Source of the DNA: Candidatus Ozemobacteraceae bacterium
Lineage (GTDB): Bacteria > Muiribacteriota > Ozemobacteria > Ozemobacterales > Ozemobacteraceae
DNA: 64,000 nt
Assembly: GCA_965140445.1 (NCBI GenBank)
Contig: OZ223236.1
Span: 3,488,001 to 3,552,000, forward strand
Reading direction: 5' to 3'
The notes under the pieces are model-generated. The model had not been told where the DNA came from and did not search any database. It saw only the letters and a program-made list of their open reading frames with translations. Of the stretch, positions 35,635-46,233 are shown in pieces. A program made the translations under genes and the position numbers. Every line of letters begins with the position of its first letter. The first letter of the stretch is position 1.

Positions 35635-37482
35635 ATGTCAGCTCAAATAATAACTCAACCGAAAAGGCTTTCTGAACTCAGCTCCATTTTAAAGCTTTTC
35701 CTAAGTGACCTGCCGGATTTCTATAAAATTCTTTATCCTGATTTATCTATAAAAGATAACCCCTCTTACAGGCTTTTACTTCATGCGCCGGAAGCCCTGT
35801 TAAATTTTAGTGAAAAGCCTCTTATTGTTACTGCTTTTGTGGGGCCAAGCGGTGCCGGAAAAAGCACCATATTCAATGCTATTACTGGGTTAAGCGTCCC
35901 TTCAGGGGGAGCTGTCAGACCCATGACCTATGTTTCTATTGCTGCATTTTCAGATAAAAATATTTCGGAGAAAAGCATTGAAAAGCTATTTCCAGGATTT
36001 GAGATTTCAAATTACACTTTACCAGATGACTTGAAAAACAAGCATTTCCCACCTGAAAAACTGTTTTATACGTGTTTTAATCAAGATAATGTGCAAAGCG
36101 ATTTAGACTGTTGTTTAGTTGATATTCCAGATTTTAACACCACAGAAAAATCTAATTGGGAAAGAGCCGAGCAAATGATATCCAGAGCAGATACGGTTAT
36201 TTTCACGGTCTATCACGAGGCTTATAAAAACTCAAAAACATTTGAAATCTTAAAAAGATGCTGTCGTTATTCTGGGAATTTAATCTATTTGCTGACTAAA
36301 TTAGATATAGAAAACCCTCAAATAGCGGCTCAAGAAATATATGAAGATTTGTTAGAATCTGCTTCCAGGGATCCCGAGTTTGCTGAAAAGCGAGCAGATG
36401 GAAAAAGCATTTTTGAGTTTTTATCAAACAGGAACTTTTATTACAGTCCTCAGGCAAAACAAACAGGCATCGAAAATATTATTCCCATTAAATCTGATTA
36501 TCCCTCTTTTTATAGCACTCTATATGGTGAAAACGCTTATGAAATTGTTTTAAATAGACAACTTCAAATTCTTTTTGAAAACCGAACCTTTGCAAATAAT
36601 CTCTTACTGGAAGCAAAGTCTTTGACTCAATCCTTAAACAAAGACATTAGCATGGTGCAAAGTCAGGTTACGCAGTGCTCACAAAAAATTGTAGGTGAAG
36701 AATTTCCGGTTTTCTTTATTCTTGAGATGATAAAGAAGTTGCTCTCAGAAAATCGACCTGGATTTTTAAAAAGACTTTTAACCCCTTTCAATTACTTAAC
36801 AGACACTATGACTGGTGCAGTAAAATCAGTTAAACGGAAATTATTGGGTTTGAAATCTGCTCCAAAAGACGGAGAAATAGAATTAAGAAACGATCTTGAG
36901 CAAAAAAGACTAATTAAGTTTTCAGAGGAACTGGTAGAGGAATGGCGAATCAATTTTCAAAATGAGCGATTAAATGCAGAAATATGCAGACAAACAATGC
37001 AGCAATTTGTTGAAAATCCATTGCCAGCAGTGGACGACCAATGGGAAATGTATGTCAGAGATAAGCTTACAAATTGGTTAAACACCAACAAAAATCGTTG
37101 GATATGGTTAAATGTAATAAATGATCTTTCTCTTATACTAGGTTCTTCACTATTCATGCTCGATTTCGTATTTGAAGGCGGAATAGGTTCTCTGGGACTC
37201 GTTGCAGTAGTCGGAGGTTCTGGAGTTTTGGGAGGTTTTTTAATGAGTCTTTTCAATAATATGGGCCTGGGCAAAGAAATCTTAGAAGCACACAAAAAAT
37301 GGAAAGAAATTCGATCACAGGATTACTGTGCACATCTATTGAAGAATTTAGCCTCCCCACTTTTCTATGAAAAATTTCAAACAAAGGAAAAGCAAATCAA
37401 TTCGTTGCCAATACAAGATTTTGAGAATGCTATCCTAACTTTAGACAAGGCGTTTAAATCACATGTCCAAGACAAAAATTAA
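35635..37482 (+). CDS. Dynamin-like/YfjP-type GTPase 1 with C-terminal TM hairpin (start may be TTG at 35620)
   Basis: G1 GPSGAGKS, G2 RPMT, G3 DIPD, G4 TKLD; helical stalk; Gly-rich TM hairpin. Confidence 0.75.
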   Translation: MSAQIITQPKRLSELSSILKLFLSDLPDFYKILYPDLSIKDNPSYRLLLHAPEALLNFSEKPLIVTAFVGPSGAGKSTIFNAITGLSVPSGGAVRPMTYVSIAAFSDKNISEKSIEKLFPGFEISNYTLPDDLKNKHFPPEKLFYTCFNQDNVQSDLDCCLVDIPDFNTTEKSNWERAEQMISRADTVIFTVYHEAYKNSKTFEILKRCCRYSGNLIYLLTKLDIENPQIAAQEIYEDLLESASRDPEFAEKRADGKSIFEFLSNRNFYYSPQAKQTGIENIIPIKSDYPSFYSTLYGENAYEIVLNRQLQILFENRTFANNLLLEAKSLTQSLNKDISMVQSQVTQCSQKIVGEEFPVFFILEMIKKLLSENRPGFLKRLLTPFNYLTDTMTGAVKSVKRKLLGLKSAPKDGEIELRNDLEQKRLIKFSEELVEEWRINFQNERLNAEICRQTMQQFVENPLPAVDDQWEMYVRDKLTNWLNTNKNRWIWLNVINDLSLILGSSLFMLDFVFEGGIGSLGLVAVVGGSGVLGGFLMSLFNNMGLGKEILEAHKKWKEIRSQDYCAHLLKNLASPLFYEKFQTKEKQINSLPIQDFENAILTLDKAFKSHVQDKN

Positions 37483-39001
37483 TGCAATTCTGGATTTGGC
37501 AAACCAAATAGCCGAGACTACAATCGAAGAATATTCTTCACCTACTCTAATTGAGTTGAAACACTTTTTAAATGACTTCATTGAATTTGGCAATAAAACA
37601 AACCTCGGTGCTCCAGCTATCATTTCATTGATTGGTGGTACAGGGGTTGGCAAATCTTTCCTTTTCAGCAAACTTGTAGGGATTCCTGAAATAAGCCCAT
37701 CCTCTTCATCTGTAAGAGGTTTCACCAAAAATTTGTATGTCTCATGTTTTAAAGAACAGCAGCATTTCTTTCCAATTACGGAAAATGCCACCTTTTGCCC
37801 GGGTATTTTGTCCAGTTGTATTTTAGTTGACAGCCCTGATCTTGATACAATATTGGAAAAAAATCGAAGCCTAACGCAACATTTGATAAAACATAGCGAC
37901 TTAATAATTTATGTAACCACACCAGATAAAAGATCAAATTTTGATGTGCAAAACGACTTAATAGAATGGAGCGAACGAAAGAGATGGTTCTTTGTATTAA
38001 ACAAAATTGATACGGCAGTAGACGTAAGCCATGAACAGTTAAAAAAGGATTTCGATCTTTGTTTAAATAAGTTTGGCTTCTCACCAACAGATAATAATCG
38101 ATTTTTGTTAAACTCCAGGGAAGCTAATTCTTTTGAATTTCAACGTTTAAAAGACACCATTTTTTCACATAGAACAAAAGAGACGGTCGAATCAATAAAG
38201 TTTCAATCAATAATTTCCCATATTTCTTATGAATTGGAAAATTCCAACCTAATAAAAGATCTTTTAAGACTTCATAAAAATTTTAAAGACGAAACCAACC
38301 GACAAGTTGAAAAAAGGCTTGAATTGCAGAAAGAAATAGTTTCTGATGAGAATTTTGAGGTTTTATGGCAAACCCATATCTCAAATACAATCTGGACCCA
38401 ATTGAAGCAAACAAGATCTCTTTTTATGTATCCTTTTATTTTCTGGCACTCTTACTTTTCAGAATCTATTTCTCAGCAAACTCTACTAAGCAAATTTCAG
38501 GACTTGTTTAACAGTTCAGATAAGAAAAAGGCACTAGACCTGGATAGTAAAAGAATAATTGAAGACAACGCTATGGCCTTCCCAAGGAATGAATCTGACA
38601 ATTCTTCATTCAAAATTTCAGAACCAATATTTTCATCTTCAAACTTCAACTTAAAAGACTCTAAAGCTACATCAATTTACTTGTTTCTTGGTAATCTTTT
38701 GCCAATGATATTCTTTTACCAAATAGTCCAACGAACGTTTTTTAAATGGCTTAACGGCTCCTGGCTGCCTTATGATTTTTTCATTCATGGATTTATTCTA
38801 ATTTTTCTAAGCAGCATACCTGGCTACTTTTTGCTGACATATTTGATTAACAGAAAAGCTTCATCGATCAGGGTTAAACTTTCTGAGGAAGTTCAAATTC
38901 CCCAGGATTTGTTAAAAATCGAAAACGAATTGTCCAGTTTAAGTAATCAGATATCAAATCTATCTGTGCTGGTTAATTCTAACAAAGAAACTCTGGATTA
39001 A
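37463..39001 (+). CDS. Dynamin-like/YfjP-type GTPase 2 with C-terminal TMs
   Basis: G1 GGTGVGKS, G2 RGFT, G3 DSPD, G4 NKID; two C-terminal TMs; 20-nt overlap with GTPase 1. Confidence 0.75.
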   Translation: MSKTKINAILDLANQIAETTIEEYSSPTLIELKHFLNDFIEFGNKTNLGAPAIISLIGGTGVGKSFLFSKLVGIPEISPSSSSVRGFTKNLYVSCFKEQQHFFPITENATFCPGILSSCILVDSPDLDTILEKNRSLTQHLIKHSDLIIYVTTPDKRSNFDVQNDLIEWSERKRWFFVLNKIDTAVDVSHEQLKKDFDLCLNKFGFSPTDNNRFLLNSREANSFEFQRLKDTIFSHRTKETVESIKFQSIISHISYELENSNLIKDLLRLHKNFKDETNRQVEKRLELQKEIVSDENFEVLWQTHISNTIWTQLKQTRSLFMYPFIFWHSYFSESISQQTLLSKFQDLFNSSDKKKALDLDSKRIIEDNAMAFPRNESDNSSFKISEPIFSSSNFNLKDSKATSIYLFLGNLLPMIFFYQIVQRTFFKWLNGSWLPYDFFIHGFILIFLSSIPGYFLLTYLINRKASSIRVKLSEEVQIPQDLLKIENELSSLSNQISNLSVLVNSNKETLD

Positions 39002-39011
39002 TTTTCCCTTT

Positions 39012-39758
39012 TCAAAGAAGGAAAAAGTGAACAATGAGAAGCATCATAATGCTGATTGAAAACGCGAAATCAATGCTATTAACCCTATAAGTCTTATACC
39101 GACTACGATTTTGACTAAAACTATAACCCCTTGATTCCATAGCTAAAGCAAGTTCATTAGCGCGCATCATGCTTATAGTTAAAGTGGGAATAAGCAGCGG
39201 CATCAAATTTTTCACTGCTGACAAAACACCATTTTTCTTGCCAAAATTAGCACCACGAGCTGTTTGTGCCAGCTTAATTCTTTCAATTTCTCCAAAGATA
39301 ACTGGCATAAACCTAACCGCAATAACCATAACAAGAGACATCTCTTTAACCGGTAAACCAAATATTGAAAAAGGTTTTAAGGTGACCTCCCAGAAATACA
39401 TTAGTTCCGATTGGGAGGAAGTCGAGACAAAAATTCCCGCCACAATGAAAACACCAACTATTTTTAAAATTGCTTCTATAGCGAGGATTAAATCAAAGCC
39501 ATTTCGAGCAGCCCCTTGAAGAAAGCCCACAACAAGCAGTAAAAAAAGAATGCTTTTAAGTGAAACAAGCACATCCTTAAAAGAGTAACCACCTGCCAGT
39601 CCTAGAAAAAACAAAACACTAAGACTAACCATTTGGCCAGGCAGACCATATGGACTTAAAGAAAAGAATAAAATGAAAAAAAGAACCACAAGTCCTTTTA
39701 TTAAGGGATTCATTTTGTGAAAAATTGAATTGCCTGGTTTAAAGGTAATATTAGCCAT
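39012..39758 (-). CDS. ecfT: ECF transporter T component
   Basis: S..H..NP..K, AVRFMP, AQTARG, AMESRG motifs. Confidence 0.9.
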   Translation of the reverse strand: MANITFKPGNSIFHKMNPLIKGLVVLFFILFFSLSPYGLPGQMVSLSVLFFLGLAGGYSFKDVLVSLKSILFLLLVVGFLQGAARNGFDLILAIEAILKIVGVFIVAGIFVSTSSQSELMYFWEVTLKPFSIFGLPVKEMSLVMVIAVRFMPVIFGEIERIKLAQTARGANFGKKNGVLSAVKNLMPLLIPTLTISMMRANELALAMESRGYSFSQNRSRYKTYRVNSIDFAFSISIMMLLIVHFFLL

Positions 39759-40557
39759 TTTGTTCCTTAATAAAATGATAAACTTCTTTTGCTTCAGGAC
39801 ACGGGATCTTTTCTTTGCTATTTTCAAAGCCTTTTATGGCTTTTCTATACCACCCGGGCAAAGGATACAAATCGTTTTCCTTTAATGCACTAAAAAGAAA
39901 ATCTTCTTTTTTATCAAAGCTTCTTATCTGATCACCATTTAGCAGTAAAACCTTTCCTGCAAATTTCAAAAATTTTTCCGGGTCATGAGTAACAACAATC
40001 AGCAGATGCTCTTTACTTAACTCAATCAAGACTGATAACAACTGCTTCTGCCCTTCCGAATCCAACCCGGCGAAAGGTTCATCAAGGAGAATTACTGGAG
40101 ACTGTAAAATGGTCGTCGCGGCAAGGGCAACCCTTCTTTTTTCGCCACCAGACAATGAAAATGGATGTCTATTCCAAAATTTTTCGGAAGGTAGTCCCCA
40201 CTGTTCCAGCCATTTCTTACCTTTTTCTTCGCTAAGGTCATATGCAATTCCCTGTTGTTGAAGAGCATAGCAAACTTCTTCTCCTACAGTAGCATTAAAA
40301 AATAGCTGTTCAGGGTTTTGAAAGGCAATTGTTACGTTTTCTTCCAGCGATAGTCCTGTATCCTTAAAAAATGCCTTTCCGGTAATAGTAGGAATAAAGC
40401 CAGAAATTGTTTTTAGAAAGGTGCTTTTCCCTGAACCGGCTCTACCAATAACAAGGTTTATTTTGCCGCTGATTAGTTCACAGTCAAAATTACTAATGAG
40501 GGGAGTTTTATTATAGCCGAAGGAAATGTTGCTAAATTGAATTTCAATTTTGTTCAT
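39751..40557 (-). CDS. ecfA2: ECF transporter ATPase A2
   Basis: GRAGSGKST, FQNPE, LSGGEKRRVA, LLDEP. Confidence 0.85.
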   Translation of the reverse strand: MNKIEIQFSNISFGYNKTPLISNFDCELISGKINLVIGRAGSGKSTFLKTISGFIPTITGKAFFKDTGLSLEENVTIAFQNPEQLFFNATVGEEVCYALQQQGIAYDLSEEKGKKWLEQWGLPSEKFWNRHPFSLSGGEKRRVALAATTILQSPVILLDEPFAGLDSEGQKQLLSVLIELSKEHLLIVVTHDPEKFLKFAGKVLLLNGDQIRSFDKKEDFLFSALKENDLYPLPGWYRKAIKGFENSKEKIPCPEAKEVYHFIKEQNG

Positions 40558-41297
40558 TGGTTTAATATTCCAAACTTAACTTCTTCTGGCACATCTAATC
40601 CGTAATCAGAAATTTTCTCCCAAAAACCGGGATCTTCTGGATTTAAAAGGATTGCTTTTCCTTCATTTAAAATCAGAACCCTATCAAAATTCATGAAATC
40701 TGATTCTATTTGGGAAATTACAGCAATCCCCTTTTCCTGGTTATCCTTTAAATCACGTAAAACACTCCAGAACTTTTCCCTTGCCCAAGGATCAAGATGG
40801 GAGGTCGGCTCATCAAAAATAATCCATTCTGGTTCGGTTATTAAAACAGATGCGATACATAACAATTGCTTTTGTCCACCTGAAAGAACTTCAACCGGTT
40901 TTTCAAGAAAATCTCTTAAACCAAACATTTCAGAAAGGTTTTGAATGCGTTTAAAAATTTCATTTCCAGGCAGACCTTGATTCTCTAAGCCAAATGCCAA
41001 ATCTTCTTCAACGGTTAATCCAACAATCTGACTGTCCGGATTTTGAAAAATAAGACCCACTTTATTCTTAGTTTCTACTTCATCAACTGAAATCTCTTGA
41101 TCATTAATAAAAACAGATCCTGTTGATGTGTTTATTAATCCGGCAGCAATCCTTCCGATGGTGGATTTCCCTGAACCGTTTTTACCGATAATACCTACAA
41201 GATGTCCTTTTTCTAAATGAAAGGAAACCTCCTTCAAAATGAAGGAGGTTTCCAGATTTTCGTTGTACCGGAAACTAACCCGGTCAAATCGAATCAT
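40554..41297 (-). CDS. ecfA1: ECF transporter ATPase A1
   Basis: GKNGSGKST, FQNPDSQ, LSGGQKQ, FDEPT; ATG at 41297 lies just after rplQ. Confidence 0.85.
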   Translation of the reverse strand: MIRFDRVSFRYNENLETSFILKEVSFHLEKGHLVGIIGKNGSGKSTIGRIAAGLINTSTGSVFINDQEISVDEVETKNKVGLIFQNPDSQIVGLTVEEDLAFGLENQGLPGNEIFKRIQNLSEMFGLRDFLEKPVEVLSGGQKQLLCIASVLITEPEWIIFDEPTSHLDPWAREKFWSVLRDLKDNQEKGIAVISQIESDFMNFDRVLILNEGKAILLNPEDPGFWEKISDYGLDVPEEVKFGILNQ

Positions 41298-41307
41298 TGC
41301 AAGAATC

Positions 41308-41931
41308 TTATTTAGTGAATTCGATAATCGCCATTTCAGCGTTGTCGCCGCGACGGTTTCCAAGTTTGTAAATTCTAGTATAACCACCACCGATTTCTTC
41401 AAAACGAGGAGCTATTCTATTTACTAATTTGGTAAGAATTCCTTCAATTCTAAGAATCTTCTGAGCAGCTGTTCTTTTCTTTTCAATTTCTTTTCCATCT
41501 TTACCTTTTACTGTTCTAGTGCAGGTTGATGGGATGAAATCAAGAATGAATTCTGGTTTTGGATTCTTATCAGGATCTGCAATGTATTTTTCAGCAGCTT
41601 CTCTGTTATCCTTGCTAAGATTAGACAAATATTTCTTAATGGCATCACGGCCAAGGATTTCTCTGTCATAACAAGCATGGAAGAAACCTTCTAATAAAGT
41701 TCTTTTAGAAGCTTTCAGAGCTTTTGTCTGCTTTTCATCTTCACCTTGGATTACGCGAAGTTTCTTAGCAATTGTAAGAGCCTTTTCGATTTCACGGCGA
41801 AGATCTTTTGCTTTATGCAAAGTGGTTTCAATTCTTTCATATTTAACGAGAGAAGTGCAAAGAGATCTAAGCAAAGCTTTTCTCTGATGCGACTCTCTTC
41901 CAAATTTTCGACCTATCTTACGATGTCTCAT
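41308..41931 (-). CDS. rplQ: 50S ribosomal protein bL17 with large internal insertion
   Basis: MRHRK.GRK.GR...RKALLR, RIETT..KAK, IAPRF...GGYTRI.K.G.RRGD.A.MA.IE; follows rpoA. Confidence 0.95.
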   Translation of the reverse strand: MRHRKIGRKFGRESHQRKALLRSLCTSLVKYERIETTLHKAKDLRREIEKALTIAKKLRVIQGEDEKQTKALKASKRTLLEGFFHACYDREILGRDAIKKYLSNLSKDNREAAEKYIADPDKNPKPEFILDFIPSTCTRTVKGKDGKEIEKKRTAAQKILRIEGILTKLVNRIAPRFEEIGGGYTRIYKLGNRRGDNAEMAIIEFTK

Positions 41932-42926
41932 TCGTCAATACCTCCGGCAGTATCATCATCGGGAAGGGTAAGATTAAACTGTCCAAGTTTTTCCCGAACT
42001 TCCTTCAATGACTTCTTACCAAAATTCTTGATTTCAAGAAGTGCAGAAACTTTTTTGTCAACCAATTCTCCAAGAGTCTGGATTCCAGCCTTTTTGAGGC
42101 AGTTTCTAGAACGAACAGAAAATTCAAGATCTTTAATAAGAATGTCAAGATGACCCTTCTGGGGGGCTTCCTGCTTCTGTGCAGCAACCATAACAAGTTC
42201 TTCATTGTGAGTTGGAATATTAGTTCCAGATTCAACAATTTCTTCTTCAAGAGCTTGGAAAAGGTCTACATGAGCTTTCAGAAATTTAGCTGAAAGTTCA
42301 ACGGCTTCTGCTGGTTGCATGCTGCCATTTGTCCAAACCTGAACAGTTAACTTATCAAAGTTGATGTCCTGACCAACACGAGCATCTTCAACGTTATACA
42401 TTACTCTAGTCACAGGTGAAAACTGTGAGTCAACAAGTATTGTACCTATGTCAAGGCCAGCAATCTTATGGTCATCAGCAAGAACATAACCTCTACCACG
42501 TTTGAAGGTAATATCCATACCAAGTGTGATATCGCCTGTAACGTGGGCAATATGAATGTCTTTATCAATGATTTGTAAGTCAGAATTGCCTTTGATATCT
42601 GCGGCTGTTACTTCAGCAGGGCCTTTTACTTCAAGCCTTACAGTTACTGGTTCTTCAGAATTCAAATTTACAACAAGTTTCTTTAGATTCAGTATTATAG
42701 CTGTAACGTCTTCAACAACGCCGGGGATACTGCAAAATTCATGTAATACACCATCAATTTTAACACCGCTTACGGCTGAACCAGGAAGAGAAGCAAGGAG
42801 AACTCTTCTAAAAGCGTTTCCTAAAGTCTGTCCGTAACCTCTTTCGAGTGGCTCAAGAGTTATGATTCCATGATTAGGGCTTGCACCCTCAGAATATTTA
42901 ATTTTGGGTCGATTAATTTCAATCAC
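41928..42926 (-). CDS. rpoA: RNA polymerase alpha subunit
   Basis: [33 protein letters not shown]. Confidence 0.97.
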   Translation of the reverse strand: MIEINRPKIKYSEGASPNHGIITLEPLERGYGQTLGNAFRRVLLASLPGSAVSGVKIDGVLHEFCSIPGVVEDVTAIILNLKKLVVNLNSEEPVTVRLEVKGPAEVTAADIKGNSDLQIIDKDIHIAHVTGDITLGMDITFKRGRGYVLADDHKIAGLDIGTILVDSQFSPVTRVMYNVEDARVGQDINFDKLTVQVWTNGSMQPAEAVELSAKFLKAHVDLFQALEEEIVESGTNIPTHNEELVMVAAQKQEAPQKGHLDILIKDLEFSVRSRNCLKKAGIQTLGELVDKKVSALLEIKNFGKKSLKEVREKLGQFNLTLPDDDTAGGIDE

Positions 42927-42947
42927 GCTTAAAAGCCTCCTTACAGC

Positions 42948-43580
42948 TTAGCGAGAGTAGAACTCAACGATCAGTGATTCTTGGATCTTTGGATCGAGTT
43001 GAGATCTCTCTGGGAGAGTAACAAATTTACCCTTGAGGTTTTCTTTATCAACTTCAATCCAAGGGCTTTCGTCTCTTTTTGAGGAGATTTCAAGAACGTC
43101 TTTAACCTGAGGTCTAAGTTTACTCGTTTCTCTGATTGCAACTACATCGCCGGGTCTAAGCTGGTAACTAGGGATGTTACATTTGCGACCATTAACTTCG
43201 AAATGTCCCTGAGTAACCCACATACGTGCTTGAGCGCGTGAAATTCCAAAACCCATGCGGAAAGCCACATTATCAAGTCTGGTTTCAAGCTGATGAAGCA
43301 AGTTGATTCCAGTATTACCTTCTTTGCGGTTTGCAACTTCATAGTATTTTCTGAACTGACGTTCTAAAATACCATATGATTTTCTAACTTTTTGTTTAGC
43401 GCGAAGCTGGATTTCATATCCAGTCTGCTTTTTTCTCATTCTTGCATTCCCGTGAACTCCAGGAATGAAACTTCTTCTTTTAAATGCACATTTTTCAGTG
43501 TAACAGCGGGCACCTTTAAGGAAAAGCTGTTCGCCTTCTCGGCGACAAATTCTACAAACGGAACCAGTATATCTAGCCAT
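42948..43580 (-). CDS. rpsD: 30S ribosomal protein uS4 (Zn-type)
   Basis: MARYTG..CRICRREG, LETRLDN, IVEFYSR. Confidence 0.97.
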   Translation of the reverse strand: MARYTGSVCRICRREGEQLFLKGARCYTEKCAFKRRSFIPGVHGNARMRKKQTGYEIQLRAKQKVRKSYGILERQFRKYYEVANRKEGNTGINLLHQLETRLDNVAFRMGFGISRAQARMWVTQGHFEVNGRKCNIPSYQLRPGDVVAIRETSKLRPQVKDVLEISSKRDESPWIEVDKENLKGKFVTLPERSQLDPKIQESLIVEFYSR

Positions 43581-43592
43581 TTTGAACCTCCA

Positions 43593-43994
43593 TCAAACGC
43601 GGCGTCGCTTAGGTGGGCGACAACCATTGTGCGGTATCCCTGAAACATCTTTAATAGAAACTACGTTCAAACCATTGTTTTGAAGAGCTCTAATCGCAGA
43701 TTCGCGACTCATTCCGGGGCCAGCAACATATACTTCAATTTCTTTCATGCCAAATTCGAGTGCGCGTTTAGCGGTGATTTCGGCAGAAACCTGAGCAGCG
43801 TATGGAGTAGACTTTCTGGATCCTCTAAAATTGTTTGATCCTGAGGAAGACCAGCAGAGAACGTTACCATTCATATCAGAAATAGTAACAATAACATTAT
43901 TAAATGTAGCTTGAATATGAGCCTGACCCTTAGCAACGATTTTCTTTTCGCGTTTTTTGGTTTTGACTCTGGACTTACTTCCTGATTTAGCCAT
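43593..43994 (-). CDS. rpsK: 30S ribosomal protein uS11
   Basis: [27 protein letters not shown]. Confidence 0.97.
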   Translation of the reverse strand: MAKSGSKSRVKTKKREKKIVAKGQAHIQATFNNVIVTISDMNGNVLCWSSSGSNNFRGSRKSTPYAAQVSAEITAKRALEFGMKEIEVYVAGPGMSRESAIRALQNNGLNVVSIKDVSGIPHNGCRPPKRRRV

Positions 43995-44040
43995 TAAACT
44001 TATGCTCCTTTAAATCAGTTTACATCCAAAAAAAGTAAAA

Positions 44041-44403
44041 TTACTTCTTTTTGATTGGTTTTGCACGACCTTTACGTGTGCGCGCATTAGTGTGTGTTCT
44101 TTGACCACGTACCGGGAGGCCTCTTCTATGACGAAGTCCGCGGTAGCAACCAATTTCCATTAATCTCTTGATATTCATAGAGATTTCTCGGCGAAGGTCA
44201 CCTTCTACTCTGTATTCAGAGTCCAAGGTTTTCTTGATGTTACTGATTTCATCTTCAGTAAGATCTTTAACCCGAGTATCTGGATTAATGTTAGTCTTGG
44301 CAAGGATTTCCTTTGATCTAGTGGGTCCTATCCCATAGATATAAGGAAGAGCTGCTTCGACTCTCTTGTTTCGTGGCAGATCGACGCCTGCTATACGAGC
44401 CAT
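44041..44403 (-). CDS. rpsM: 30S ribosomal protein uS13
   Basis: [27 protein letters not shown]. Confidence 0.97.
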   Translation of the reverse strand: MARIAGVDLPRNKRVEAALPYIYGIGPTRSKEILAKTNINPDTRVKDLTEDEISNIKKTLDSEYRVEGDLRREISMNIKRLMEIGCYRGLRHRRGLPVRGQRTHTNARTRKGRAKPIKKK

Positions 44404-44418
44404 AAAAATTCCTCCTGA

Positions 44419-44532
44419 TTAGCCCTGTCGCTGTTTGTGTCTAGGATTATCACAAATAACCCTGATTACACCACGACGCTTAATAACTTTACACTTTTCA
44501 CAGATTTTCTTAACAGATGCCCTAACTCGCAT
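44419..44532 (-). CDS. rpmJ: 50S ribosomal protein bL36 (not in ORF track)
   Basis: Manual translation [37 protein letters not shown]. Confidence 0.95.
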   Translation of the reverse strand: MRVRASVKKICEKCKVIKRRGVIRVICDNPRHKQRQG

Positions 44533-44559
44533 TTTTCCCTCCTGTTAAAGCCTTACCAC

Positions 44560-44778
44560 TTATTTAAAGCGGTAAACAATTCGCCCACGGGTCAAATCAT
44601 AGGGAGTTAATTCTACAGTGACCTTATCTCCTGGTAAGATTCGAATATAATGCATTCTCATTTTCCCAGAAATGTGAGCGAGAACTACATGACCATTTTC
44701 CAATTCCACTTTAAACATGGCATTTGGTAATGGCTCAATGACCTTCCCATTTACTTGAATGGTATCGCTTTTGCTCAT
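44560..44778 (-). CDS. infA: Translation initiation factor IF-1
   Basis: [11 protein letters not shown]...[18 protein letters not shown]. Confidence 0.96.
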   Translation of the reverse strand: MSKSDTIQVNGKVIEPLPNAMFKVELENGHVVLAHISGKMRMHYIRILPGDKVTVELTPYDLTRGRIVYRFK

Positions 44779-44800
44779 CTTAAGATTTTTAACCCTTTCT

Positions 44801-45565
44801 TTAACCCGCCTGGCAGGTTGAGGTAAGAATTTTGGGGCCATCATCAGTAATTGCAACGGTATGCTCAAAATGTGCTGAAAGAGATCCGTCGTTTGTTACT
44901 GAAGTCCATCCATCTTCGAGAACGAAAACTTCTGGCTTCCCCAGGCATGCAATCGGTTCAATTGCTATCACCATCCCAGATTTCAAAATTGGTCCACTTT
45001 TGTCTGAACCAAAATTAGGGACTGGTGGTTTTTCGTGCAATTCCTTGCCGATTCCATGACCTACGTATCTTTGAATAACCGACAAGCTACTGCTTTCAAT
45101 GCACTTCTGAATACTTTGTGATATTTTTCCCAAAGTATTTCCAGCATGAGCATTTGTAATTCCTGCTTCTAAAGCTCTTTTAGTTGTATCAACCAAATGC
45201 TTTATTTCTGGAGAAAAAATCTCTCCTATGTAAATCGTTTCAGCCATGTCTGCGAAAAAGCCATTTCGCTTTATTCCAATGTCCAGTTTCAAGATATCTC
45301 CATTTTTGAGAATCTTTTGCTGGTTTGGAATTCCGTGAACAACTTCGCTATTTAAGCTTGTACATATTACAGAAGGAAAACCTTTGTAACCAAGAAAAGC
45401 TGGTATTACGCCGAAACTTTTCATTTCAGCATCAGCAATACTTGCCAATTCTTCAGTTGAGACACCGGGTTTGGCCTGGTGCTTAACTTTATTTAGAATA
45501 GCCGATAGAATTCGACCGTTCTCCTGCATCAAAATGATTTCCTGATCAGTTTTTATGGAAATCAA
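44801..45565 (-). CDS. map: Methionine aminopeptidase type I
   Basis: CTS.N..VVHGIP, GHGIG..LHE.P, IEP, SAHFEHT. Confidence 0.95.
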   Translation of the reverse strand: MISIKTDQEIILMQENGRILSAILNKVKHQAKPGVSTEELASIADAEMKSFGVIPAFLGYKGFPSVICTSLNSEVVHGIPNQQKILKNGDILKLDIGIKRNGFFADMAETIYIGEIFSPEIKHLVDTTKRALEAGITNAHAGNTLGKISQSIQKCIESSSLSVIQRYVGHGIGKELHEKPPVPNFGSDKSGPILKSGMVIAIEPIACLGKPEVFVLEDGWTSVTNDGSLSAHFEHTVAITDDGPKILTSTCQAG

Positions 45566-46233
45566 GGCGAATTTAGTTTATCGATTATATCACAAATTTT
45601 CGAAAAAATCATGTTTATTTTTTGATTTCCATCAACCATATGCAATAAATTTCTTTTTTTATAAAAATCAATCAATGGCGAGGTTTGGTCATGATAAACA
45701 TTTAAACGATTGGTTATAACATCAATCGAATCATCTTTTCTTTGGTACAATTCACCCTGACATTTATCACAAATACCTTCTTTTTTAGGTTTAAGGAATT
45801 CAAGATGATAACTTGCACTACAATCTTTACATATTCGCCTGGCAGTCAATCTGCCAACCAAAACTTCATCCGGAACCATAATAGCAACAACACCGCTGAG
45901 TGGCGAGTCATTTTCCTCAAGAGCTTTTGCTAATGCTTCGGCTTGTCCAACAGTTCTTGGAAAACCATCAAGCAAAAACCCAGATTTACAATCTTCTTTT
46001 TGAATTCTTTCTAGAAGAATTTCCAGAACTAATTCGTCAGGCACAAGTGCTCCAGAAGACACGTAACTTTTCAGTTTTTCCCCAATATGAGAACCTGATG
46101 AGATAGCTGCTCTCATCAGGTCGCCTGTAGATATCTGGGGAATCCCATATTTTTCTACAATTTCCTTGGCCTGGGTGCCTTTACCGGCACCCGGAGGTCC
46201 AAGAAAAATTAGATTCAGATTTTTAGCCGTCAT
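45562..46233 (-). CDS. adk: Adenylate kinase (Zn lid)
   Basis: GPPGAGKGTQ, LDGFPRT, CxxC...CxxC lid. Confidence 0.96.
   Translation of the reverse strand: MTAKNLNLIFLGPPGAGKGTQAKEIVEKYGIPQISTGDLMRAAISSGSHIGEKLKSYVSSGALVPDELVLEILLERIQKEDCKSGFLLDGFPRTVGQAEALAKALEENDSPLSGVVAIMVPDEVLVGRLTARRICKDCSASYHLEFLKPKKEGICDKCQGELYQRKDDSIDVITNRLNVYHDQTSPLIDFYKKRNLLHMVDGNQKINMIFSKICDIIDKLNSP

Noticed and set aside
44779..44868. Apparent N-terminal extensions of IF-1 (also uL6, EcfA1, EcfT and uS12) in the ORF track
   Set aside because: Artefacts of longest-ORF calling, mostly overlapping upstream genes; canonical downstream starts exist, unlike the uL22 case
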